A stretch of 64,000 nucleotides of DNA from the human T2T-CHM13v2.0 reference genome, Homo sapiens. Positions within the stretch are counted from its first letter, which is position 1, and each line of letters begins with the position of its first letter. The notes beneath the pieces are model-generated. The model was given only the letters and a program-made list of their open reading frames with translations, was not told the DNA's origin and searched no databases. A program made the position numbers and the translations under genes. The stretch lies in assembly GCF_009914755.1 (NCBI RefSeq), contig NC_060940.1; one strand, written 5' to 3'. Below are positions 53,899 to 64,000 of this stretch, one piece after another.

Positions 53899-54478
53899 TA
53901 ATCCCATTATGGAAGATGGAGTATCCATCCCTTGAAGCATTTGTCCTTTGTGTTACAAACAATCCTATTATACTATTTTAGTTATTTTAAATATACAATT
54001 AAATTATTATTGACTATAGTCACCCTGTTGTGCTATCAAATACTAGGTCTTATTCATTCATTCTAACTATTATTTTGTACCCCTTATCCCCTCCAAATCC
54101 TATGTTGAAACGTGACCTCCAATGTTAGAGGTGGGTGTAGGGAGAGGTGTTTGGGTCATGGGGGTAGATCACTTATGAATGGCTCACCATGGTAATGAGT
54201 GAGTTCTTGCTCTGGTATTTCCTGTGAGAGTTTGTTGCCTAAAAGAATATGGCACCTCCCCCTCTCTCCTACTCCCACTTTTGCCATAAGATGTGCTTGC
54301 TCCCCCATTGTCTTCCACCATGGTTGGAAGCTTTCCGAGGCCTTCATCAGAAGCTGAGCAGATGTTGGTGCTATGCTTGTACAGCCTGTAGAACCATGAA
54401 CCAAAATAAACCTCTTTTCTTTATAAATTACCCAGTCTCAGGTATTCCTTTAGAGTAACGCAAATGGACTAACATACA
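53220..54478 (+). mobile_element. MSTB-like LTR split by L1MA insertion
   Basis: tgatacggtttggatgtg start; resumes tatgttgaaacgtgacctccaatgtt...aatggactaacataca; TSD atcccctcca(g/a)atc at 53239-53252 and 54086-54099. Confidence 0.85.
53253..54085 (-). mobile_element. Short L1MA 3' end, split by the inverted copy
   Basis: ...gttttgatacaggcatgtaatgtc | aataatcccattatggaagatggagtatccatccc...: contiguous L1MA consensus on either side of 53339-53898. Confidence 0.88.
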
Positions 54479-54725
54479 AGATAACCTCCCTTTTGATTAA
54501 CGTCAACCGATTAGGGTCCTTAATTACATCTGCATACGTTCTTGACCTTTGTCATATGATTAACCTAGTTACAAGAATAACATCCTATTCTATTCACATT
54601 CAGGGTGTGCACTCCAGGGATGACAGTCTTGGGGGCTACCTTAGAATTCTGTCTGTCACAAGTAACTATGAATATTCTGGAGCTTATCATTGAAGTATGC
54701 ACTTTTAAAAAATAAGAGCATTTCT

Positions 54726-54978
54726 GGCCAGGTACAGTGGCTCATGACTGTACTTCCAACACTGTGGGAGGCTGGGTGGGAGGATCACTTGAAGCTAAGA
54801 GTTCAAGGCCAGCCTGGGCAACACAGCAAGAGCCCTGTCTCTACAAAAAAATAAACAATTAGCTGGACATGGTGGCATGCACCTGTAGTCCCAGCTACTC
54901 AGGAGGCTGAGGTGGGAGGCTGCAGTGAGCTATGATCATGCCAGTGGCTGACAGAGTGAGACCCTATCTCTTAAAAAA
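54726..54978 (+). mobile_element. AluJ with internal deletions
   Basis: TSD aagagcatttct. Confidence 0.92.
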
Positions 54979-55059
54979 AAAAAAAGAGCATTTCTTATTA
55001 ACCCAAAATAACATGATCCCACTTAACAAGGTAAACACTTATTTCTAAATATCATCTTA

Positions 55060-55684
<625 letters not shown>

Positions 55685-56829
55685 TGGTCTTAATACATCA
55701 ATTGATAATTCTTGCCTGAATCAGTGATTCCATTAGAGATCAGGGTGGAATTTTGACCTGGCATTCCCACTCTGTGGAACTATGGTTTGGTCTGAAATAT
55801 GCTTTTGGTCTCTGAGGGCCTGATCTCCCTCCAAGTTGGACCATCTGGCTTAGACCCACCATCACCAGGCCCAGGGGCAGAGGTGGCCTGAGATGGGAAG
55901 GGGTTGGGAGACCTGGTGACTGGTACCTGCTTCTGAAAGGCAGCCACCTTGGTGTGTCTATGCCCCTCTCTCTATCCAATGCCCCTGAGGGCCTGGGCTC
56001 TGTCTGTGTGGGGTTGTATCTTCCTGCAGCAGAGCTCTGCCTGTCTGTTGGATTAGACTCTCCTAAAGCCTGTCTTGTTCCCTGGGGCCCGATCACAATG
56101 AACCAGCCATGCAGAGCTGCATCTGGAGATACAGTCATGTAATGCTGGCATCACCAACCACTGGTAAGGTGCCCATCAGATAACAAACATCAGGACACTT
56201 AGGAAAGTTTGGGTGGGGTGCACATACTCCCTCCACCCTGGACTCCCTCCTGGAAAATGGCTCAGCAGCTGGGTTCTGACTCCAGGCCAGTTGCCCCCGC
56301 CCCACGGGCAGAGAAATCTGCCTTTAATTTAGCAGTTCTATTTCTTTCTCCCTGGAAAGTCTTTGTGGTAACAATTAAGGAACTCTTTTATCCCCTCCTG
56401 GTTGAGGAGTGAGGAATTTGGGGATGGCATAGGAAAGCCTCCTTTCCTTGCTAATTCCCAAGACACAGCAACTTTTTCTTGGAAAGGGCATCTGGCAGAA
56501 GCCTCTGGGAGAGTCCCGATTGGTGATTTGGTGGTTTACATCTATGGAGGGCTGTAGATGTACCAGGCACCACACCGGGCACATCGCATGGATTACCTTA
56601 CAGCATCTTCACAACCATCCCTCAAAGAAGGAAGGTCCCAAGCTCACCAGATCCATCCTAGTAGCATGTTAATACCATCTCCCAAGTCCTGGGCATTAAG
56701 TCTGACCGTGGGTGTTAAATCTGACCATGGGACAGTGCTCTCAAATCAGTACACTCTCTCTCATCGAGCTTTATAGTCTGCTCCCCATCTAACCCCCTTA
56801 ACTCAGACACCTCGGGATCCAATTCCATG

Positions 56830-58545
56830 TATATTATCTGGTTCCTGCCACTACAGATTGATGAGACCCCACAGCTCCCTCAGGGGATGGAATTCTCCAT
56901 CACACAGCAGGCCCAGCACCATGACCAGCTTGTGACTTGACCCCAGTTATCAGGCTGGTGGCCAGGAGAAGAGGTAGGGGTAATTCCTAAGGGGGTATGT
57001 GCTGTTTTACAAGGTAGAGAACTCTGCACCACTTTCAAGCAAAGGGAGCGTTAGCTTTTAAAAGGGAGGAGAGGAGTCATTTCTGCAGCGTCAGAGGGTT
57101 CAGGAGGATCAAGGATTTCAAGATTCCCAAGTGTCAGTGTCCTACTCCTTCCGTCCTTCCGAATCAGGGTGCTAATTTCGGCATAGGCAGATTTGCTGGG
57201 TTTGTAAAATTCAACTCTCTCTGGAGCAGTGCTATTTTTATAATTATGTCTTGAGCTCCATTCTGAGGTTTTTATGCCTTCTTGCTGCAGAAGACAAGAG
57301 TCTTGTATTTCAACCTTACATTGAAGATTAATCACCTCCAGCCTCTGTCTTTATTTTTATAGGGAGAGGGTCTCTCTACGTTCCCAGGCTGGTCTTGAAC
57401 TTCTGACCTCAAGTGATTCTACTGCCTTGGCCTCCCAAAGTCCTGGGATTACAGTCATGAGCCACCATGCCTGGCCCTCTTTGTCTTCCTCTACAGCACT
57501 GATAGCCCTGAACAATGGCTATCTGTAGTATGTCTCAAATGCCTGAACTACCGTATCAGCCAGTGCATTCTTTCCCACCCTTCTCCTATGCTAGTTCACC
57601 CCTGGTGAACATTTGAGCAAATGCACCACTTTTGCATGCAAGGTGCTTTCTGTATTCTAGCTACCACCAGTAATGGGGTCCTCATTCTCAACTGGCCAGT
57701 AGGGTGATCCAGTTCTAAAATCCCAATTTAGAGTCACTGCCCTCAGACCACCTCTGTTACAGGTGAGTTTCCAGAGAATCCAATTTTGAGACAGATTTGC
57801 ATGCAGGTGGTTTAGTGGGGGACCAATACCTGTCAGAGGCTGTGGGCAGCAGGGCTGGATGAGGAGAAACTGAGCAACAGTACAGTCTCATTAGAGGTCT
57901 TAGCTGATTCTGTGGGGAGTGTGGGGGCAGGAGAACCCTCCTGAATTGTGTTGGAGACCAAGGATCTGGGTCTTTATACTCTTGCACTGACCTGTCATTG
58001 GACATGAGTTCCCCAGGGAAGGAGTGTGATATGGTTTGGCTGTGTCCCCAGCCAAATCTCATCTTGAATTGTAGCTCCCATAATTCCCACATGTTGTGGG
58101 AGGGATCCAGTGTGAGGTAACTGAATCATGGGGGCAGTTCCCAACATGCTGTTCTCTTGGTAGTGAGTAAGTCTCATGAGATCTGATGGTTTTATAAGGA
58201 GAAACCCCTTTTGCTTGGCTCTCATTTCTCTGTTGCCTGCTGCCATGTAAGACTTGCCTTTCACCTTCCGCCATGATTGTGAGGCCTCCCCAGCCACTCG
58301 GAACTCTGAGTCCATTAACCTCTTTTTCTTTATAAATCACCCAGTCTCTGTTATGTCTTTATTAGCAGAGGGAGAACAGATTAATACAGTGTGTCACCTT
58401 GGGCAAGGCAACTCGTTTTGAGTGAAGGCCAATCTCAGAGAGGAACTCAGGGATGAGCCATTAGCAGCTAACACCCCTGAAAGACAGGAAAATGAGCACC
58501 TCAGTCCTGAAGGGGGAACTGGGCAGCTCCTAACAGTATCCACTA
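56830..58545 (-). mobile_element. ERVL (HERV16/LTR16-LTR33-like) provirus remnant: 5' LTR ~57755-58545 plus adjacent internal sequence
   Basis: Minus strand reads LTR end then gaggtggtctg...gggattttagaactggatcac...aatgaggaccccattactggtggtag, resembling the recalled HERV16-int 5' region; FLAM at ~57350-57476. Confidence 0.6.
58027..58388 (+). mobile_element. THE1B/C-type solo LTR nested in ERVL LTR
   Basis: tgatatggtttggctgtgtcccc...gaacagattaataca; TSD gagtg/gtgtg. Confidence 0.93.
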
Positions 58546-58559
58546 CAGAGAAGTAAGTT

Positions 58560-59200
58560 TTTTCCAATTTTCCTCCTACTATAACAATACTGTAATGAAC
58601 ATCTCTGCACATCTCTCTCCTTGTGTAAATGTTTGAGCAATGATTCCCTGCTTTGCATATCACATAATGTAGACAGAATATGAGGATTTGTGTATAACAC
58701 ACAGGAGTAAACAGGCAAGAGTGTGGAACCCGGGCATGAGCTGCTTGTGTGGGCAGCTGGCAGGGGTTCACACTGCTCCAGGTATTTTCTTTCCCCCGTT
58801 GTTGCCTCATGGCCTGAGAGGATCAATATCTTCATTCTACACAAAAGGGTCTGAGCTCTCTACTCCGGGTTTGGATGCATCTGGAAGAGGAATTCCTGGA
58901 TGTAAGGCATGCACACTGTCATCTTTATGAGGTATTAACATTTTATCTATAAAACTAGAAGATGCCCTTTTACATCTTTCAGGTTTAGTATTGCTGTCAA
59001 CTCGATAGGTGTGAAATAGTGTCTTATTGCTTAATTTTCCCTTTCTCTGTTTACCCATGTCATCGGGCATCTTTTCACAAGTCTATTGGCCATCTGCTTC
59101 CCCCTTCTGAGACTTGCTTGCTCATTTCCATTGCCCTTTTTGCTGATGAGTTGTTCATCTTTTCCTTATTGATTTGTGGGACTCATTGCTCTGCTCCCTG
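58560..59200 (-). mobile_element. Old L1M fragments
   Basis: aataactgtaatgaacatc-like and ggtgtgaaatagtgtcttattg antisense L1M motifs. Confidence 0.55.
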
Positions 59201-60317
59201 GGGCTGTCTCTGTCAATTCAATGCCCCTGCTGCTATGGTCACTGCCTCCCCCTACCCATATACCAAATAGAGTCTTTGATTCTCTCCATCTTTATGTCTG
59301 GGGAGGTACACCTGGTTGCCTGAGAGAGTTAAAGCCACACACTTTCCCCTGAGCTGCATGGGAGCCTGAGAATATGAGCACCTGGCACTTCAGCTTCCTT
59401 CATTGGAGGTGGGCTCAGCTTCTCAACAAGTTTCATAAGGTGAAGAATTGCTCAGAAGGACATCCAATTTGGGAAAGTCTGCCTCAAAAATGGATAAATA
59501 TCTATCCCAGTGTTAGCAGATCTTTACTTCACAAGGTTAGTGAGAGCTTAAAGAAAATAGAATATGCAAAAGTACCCAGCAGGTGCTCGTAGAATAGCCC
59601 ATCATCTTCCTTTGCAGCTTTGCTGGGACAAATGTCCATTATGGGAATGGCAAATTAAGTGGACTCACACATTATAGGCATTGAACTAATGCAAACTCCA
59701 CACTCTCTCAACTGTGTGCTTACAGGTTGTGGGAGAGGAAAATAACAGTTTGTCTGGACAGTTGGTTTTATCTGACCAGTGCACAGCTACCTGGGAGTGA
59801 ATGGGAGGAAACGGGGTTCTGTTTTTGCTGTGCCTTCAGGCAAGCTCAGTTCCTCCCTCCCCCGTGCCTCTCCCACTTCCCTGATTGATTCTAGTTTTTA
59901 AAGACAGGCATTTTCATACACCCCAGCCTCTCAACAGTAGTCAAGCCCATCACTTGGGGTTCAACCAACAACACAGTGATCTATGGCAAGACTGGAGGAA
60001 AACCTCCTGGCTGGACTCATTATGAGCCTGAGCTATCCTATACTTTGTTTGAGATTTAGGAGATTTTCAAGGATAATCTTTGATTTGATGCAGTTTTCTT
60101 TTCATGCCAGGACTTTAGAATCTACCCTCTGCAGAAGAGGCAATTCCCGACAGAAGACAGTGGTCTCATTTCAAATGCTGTGTGTAATTGAGTGACTATG
60201 ATGGTCTGGAGAATGGCAGGAAAGAGGGTGGTGATTGAAGGCAGTGTCTGCCAGGAGGGCAGGAATGGGCATATGTGCATTGGTGCTGGGTATGAGATGG
60301 AGCAAGACCCCTCTTAG

Positions 60318-60469
60318 GTCTTTATGACCTGTATCTTGTGCCGACCTCCCATCTCATCCTGTGACTTAGAATGCATTAACTGTCTGGGAATGTAACCCAG
60401 TGGGTTTCAGCCTTATTTTACCCACCTCCTATTCAAAATGGAGTTGCTCTTGTTCTAAGGCCTCTGACA
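60318..60469 (-). mobile_element. MER41 LTR 5' fragment
   Basis: Minus strand tgtcagaggcc..agaacaagagcaactccattttgaatagg...gtcacaggatgagat.ggaggtcggcacaagatacaggtcataaagacc. Confidence 0.85.
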
Positions 60470-60554
60470 ACCCTAACTCCTCAGGGAGATGGATTTGTGG
60501 TTTCCTCCCATCTCCTCATTTGGTGGCCCTACAATTAAACCTCCTTCTCTACTG

Positions 60555-60877
60555 TCGTGGAGAAGAAGAGCCTAGGAAGACATGATCACTAAATATGACG
60601 TGGTGTCCCAATGTCCAGGAAGAGGGCATCAAGTCCAAGCTAAGGAAATATGAATAAGCAACAGACTTTAGTTAATAATAACAATGGATGGATATTGGTT
60701 CATTCACTGTAACAAATGTTCCATACTAATGTAAGACATCAGTAACAGGGGAAACTGTGTGTAGGGGGTATATGGAAACTCTTTGTACTATATGCTCAAT
60801 CTTTCTGTAAATCTAAAACTGTTCTAAAAAATAGAGTGCATTTCATTCTCATTATAAAAAACAAATCAAACCAACAA
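60555..60877 (+). mobile_element. L1MC/MD 3' end
   Basis: tattggttcattcactgtaacaaatg...gggaaactgtgtg..gggggtatatggaaactc...ctaaaactgttctaaaaaata; 18-bp TSD aaacctc(c/t)ttctct(a/g)ctg. Confidence 0.85.
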
Positions 60878-61241
60878 AAACCTCTTTCTCTGCTGCATCC
60901 CAATGTCTTGGTGTATTGACTTGCTGTGCACATTGGACAAAGGGCTTATTATGGTTATACCCTCTGTTAGCCCAAGGTTAATTCTCGAGTGTACTCCTGG
61001 ACATAAATGTGTGGTCTTTTGTGAGTTTGAGCAATGCAGAAATTTCCAGAGCCTGGAGACTCAGTCCGGGTCAAGTCCTGCTAAGCTAAGAGCTGACAAG
61101 CAGCCGGAGAGCTTACCCCGGGCTGTATACACTGCTTCGGGGCTGCCAACTGCTGGGCACTCCCCTATCGATCTGGAATCCTGGAGCATCTTTGCTGCAA
61201 AGGTCTGCAGAGAATGTATGGTATAACAAGGGAAATATTTA

Positions 61242-61515
61242 GGCCAGGCATGGTGGCTCACACCTGTAATTCCAACACTTTGGGAGGCCGAGGTGGAAGA
61301 ATCACTTGAGTCCAGGAATGGGAGAGCAGCCTGGGCAACATATTGAGACCTCATCTCTACAAAAAGTCACAAAATCAACCAGGTATAGTGGCACATGCCT
61401 GTAGTCCCAGCTACTAGGGAGGCTGAGGCAGAAGGATCACTTGAATCTGGGAGGTCAAGGCTGCAGCAAGTTATGATCGCACCACCGCACTCCAGCCTGG
61501 GTGACAGAGCCAAAT
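61242..61515 (+). mobile_element. AluJ
   Basis: Dimer. Confidence 0.93.
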
Positions 61516-61522
61516 CCTGTCA

Positions 61523-61526
<4 letters not shown>

Positions 61527-61587
<61 letters not shown>
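61527..61587. repeat. (TA)n, ~30 pure units, followed by AT-rich tract to ~61650
   Basis: Direct read. Confidence 0.97.
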
Positions 61588-61589
<2 letters not shown>

Positions 61590-61624
61590 CATATTAGTGT
61601 ATAATATATATACACTAAATATAT

Positions 61625-62400
61625 ATATATTTAAAAATATATTTATGATGATGATAATGATGATGTACATTTGGTCCTTGTCCCTGGTTCCTGGCACCGA
61701 GCCCCTAAAACCCCTGGAATTTCTTCAGTGATGGCAGTCTTTTGTTACTACAGTGAGCCCCTTTCAACCATGTCAGAGTTTATGCTAGTGAAGTGACTCA
61801 GGGTGGGGCCCCTAGATAACCTCAGGATGGGGCTGGTCACCAAAAAGACCAAACACAGGATTAGAAGGTTGGGACTTTCAGCCACACCCCTGACCTCGGG
61901 CAAGGAAAGGGGCTAGACATTGGATTATAAATAAACTCTTGAACAAAAACATTTGCAGCGCTTCGGATTGTTGACCACACTGATGTGCTGGAAGGGTGGC
62001 ACACCCCAGGAGGACACGGAAGCTCCAGGCCATCCTGCCCCAGAACCTTACTTCAGGCACATCTTCCATTAGGCTGTTGCTGAGTTTTATCCTTTATAAC
62101 GAACCAGTAATAGTGAGTAAAAGGCTTTTGTGAGTTCTGTGAATCAATCTAGGAAATTATTGAACTTGAGAAGGCGGTCGTGGGAATCCTTGAGTTTGTA
62201 ATTGCCTGGGCAAAAGTGTGGGTCACCTGGGGACCCCATTTGTGCCTAGCATCTGAAGTAGGGGGAAGTGCTGTGGGACTGAGCACTAAACCTGTGGAGT
62301 CTGACACCAACTCTGAGCCATTAGTGTCAGAATTAAATTGAATTGTTAGAAATCCAGTTGGTGTTGGAGAGTTGGAGAACCAGTGTCAGGAAATACCACT
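61625..62400 (+). mobile_element. MER21C-like ERVL LTR
   Basis: tttggtccttgtccctggttcctggcaccgagc.cctaaaacccctggaattt...gtgtcagaattaaattgaattgt. Confidence 0.85.
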
Positions 62401-62401
62401 G

Positions 62402-62558
62402 GGCTGGGCACGGGGGCTCATGCCTGTAATCTCAAGACTTTGGGAGGCCGAGGTGGGCAGATCGCTTGAGTCTAGGAGTTCAAGATCAGCCTGGGCAACA
62501 CAGCAAGACACCCTATCTTTACAAAAAAGAAGGGAGAAAGAAAGGAAGGAAGAAAGAA
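62402..62558 (+). mobile_element. FLAM monomer
   Basis: Single arm; TSD gaaataccac. Confidence 0.88.
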
Positions 62559-62988
62559 AGAAAATACCACATACAGTTCCTCAATGGATATCTGTTGAAT
62601 GAACAGAGAACACTAGCTAACATAAATTAGGCACAATGTCCTGAGTGGTATGCTAAATACTTTCTATGCACTAATTTAGAAACTACTTTTTGAGTTAGTA
62701 CTATGTCATGTGCCTGGCTTGGTGCTTGGTACAGCTGTGAACAATGAAGCCAATTCAGCACATCTGTTTTAGCGCCTAACTGCGTGCCATGCACTGTTCT
62801 AGGTCCTGGAGATATAGCTGTGAGCAACTTAAGTTTACCTAACAAATATTTATTGAGTTCCTACTATGTGTCAGACACCATTCCAGGCCTGCAGAATACA
62901 GCAATGACCACAAGTCAAATCCCCACCCTGTGTGCATTTTTCAGGAGTCCTAGGAGCGAAGTCATTTTGCACTTAAGGAAATTGAGGA

Positions 62989-63288
<300 letters not shown>

Positions 63289-63410
63289 AAATTGAGGCTC
63301 AGAGAGGTTAATTGTCTTTCACAAAGTCACACAGCCAGGGTAGTAAGGCTAGACCTAACCCCTGCCCAACTGACACCACTGCTTGTGTTCTCACTCTCTG
63401 GCCTAGGCTC

Positions 63411-63468
<58 letters not shown>

Positions 63469-63618
63469 AGACAGGGTCTCACTCTGCCACCCAGGCTGGA
63501 GTGTAGTAGCCTGATCACAGCTCACTGCAGCCTCGACCTCCTGGGCTCAAGCAATCCTCCCCCCTCAGCCTCCTGAGTAGCTGGGACTACAGGCTTATGC
63601 CACCACACCCAGCTAACC
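63411..63618 (-). mobile_element. AluJ right arm with (TG)~27 tail
   Basis: Direct read. Confidence 0.92.
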
Positions 63619-64000
63619 AGGCTGAGTCTTAATGTTGGAGTGAGTCCTGTGGTCCACCAGGCTGGGCAATTTAGGGGCTCCTAAGTCTCCCACACAAGCC
63701 TCCCTCTTCCAGGCCCCCCAGCCCTACTCCCTCTTCTCTGGTACACAGAATGCCTAATGAGACTGGCACTGTTCCCGAGTGACACCCCCGAGTGCCGTAA
63801 TGTGTTTTTGTGTGCAAAACCCTGTGTTCAGCAAATTGCTGTGACCAAGACCCTATCCAGTTACCTGACGCATCAGAGGTATGTTCTGTGGGGCTGCCAA
63901 GCAAAGCAGAGAATAATACTTCTAAGAATTTTAACCATTAGATAGAAAAAGCGTGGTCCTGGCAGCCCCTGGCAGGCACTGCCGAGTGGGAACCAGATAC

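Larger units (their letters stand above)
52786..54660 (-). mobile_element. MLT1E/F-like LTR split into 52786-53219 and 54479-54660
   Basis: ggcttaaaacaccacagatgtatta...aaatcaaggtgtcagc...; resumes gataacctcccttttgattaa...gggggctaccttagaattctg. Confidence 0.75.
60293..60959 (+). mobile_element. MER54/MER74-like ERVL LTR remnant with nested inserts
   Basis: tgagatggagcaagacccctcttagg start; gggagatggatttg..tttcctcccatctcctc and gtattgacttgctgtgcacattgg 3' parts; family name uncertain. Confidence 0.5.

Noticed and set aside
60318-60469. MER41 as an interferon-gamma/STAT1-inducible enhancer
   Set aside because: Only the 5' ~150 bp survive, and I see no intact tandem GAS (TTCNNNGAA) pair in the fragment

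Overview
Primate (human-like) genomic DNA with no recognisable intact protein-coding gene, rRNA, tRNA or CRISPR array. The ORF track is essentially repeat-derived or low-complexity noise. Much of the window is interspersed repeat: more than 30 Alu/FLAM/FAM copies (many with clear target-site duplications, TSDs), L2 and MIR relics, a ~10.5 kb block of old minus-strand L1M sequence (37.0-47.5 kb), MaLR/ERVL/ERV1 LTRs, hAT/TcMar DNA-transposon MITEs and microsatellites. The only gene-derived sequence is a 5'-truncated RPL36 processed-pseudogene fragment (2902-3059, minus). The most striking structure is a ~560-bp, ~98%-identical inverted duplication (52136-52693 vs 53339-53898) whose copy splits an L1MA inside a multi-layer TE nest. 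Several smaller templated or fold-back insertion scars occur at 21.65, 23.64, 30.2 and 48.5 kb. Repeat-free islands at ~5.5, 12.9, 16.4-17.4, 29.3, 49.6 and 51.7 kb carry clusters of developmental TF motifs (TCF/LEF, SOX, homeodomain, GATA), consistent with, but not proving, an enhancer-rich gene desert or large intron. Repeat subfamily names come from recall of consensus sequences, not from a RepeatMasker run, and boundaries of old elements are approximate. I cannot identify the chromosomal locus.
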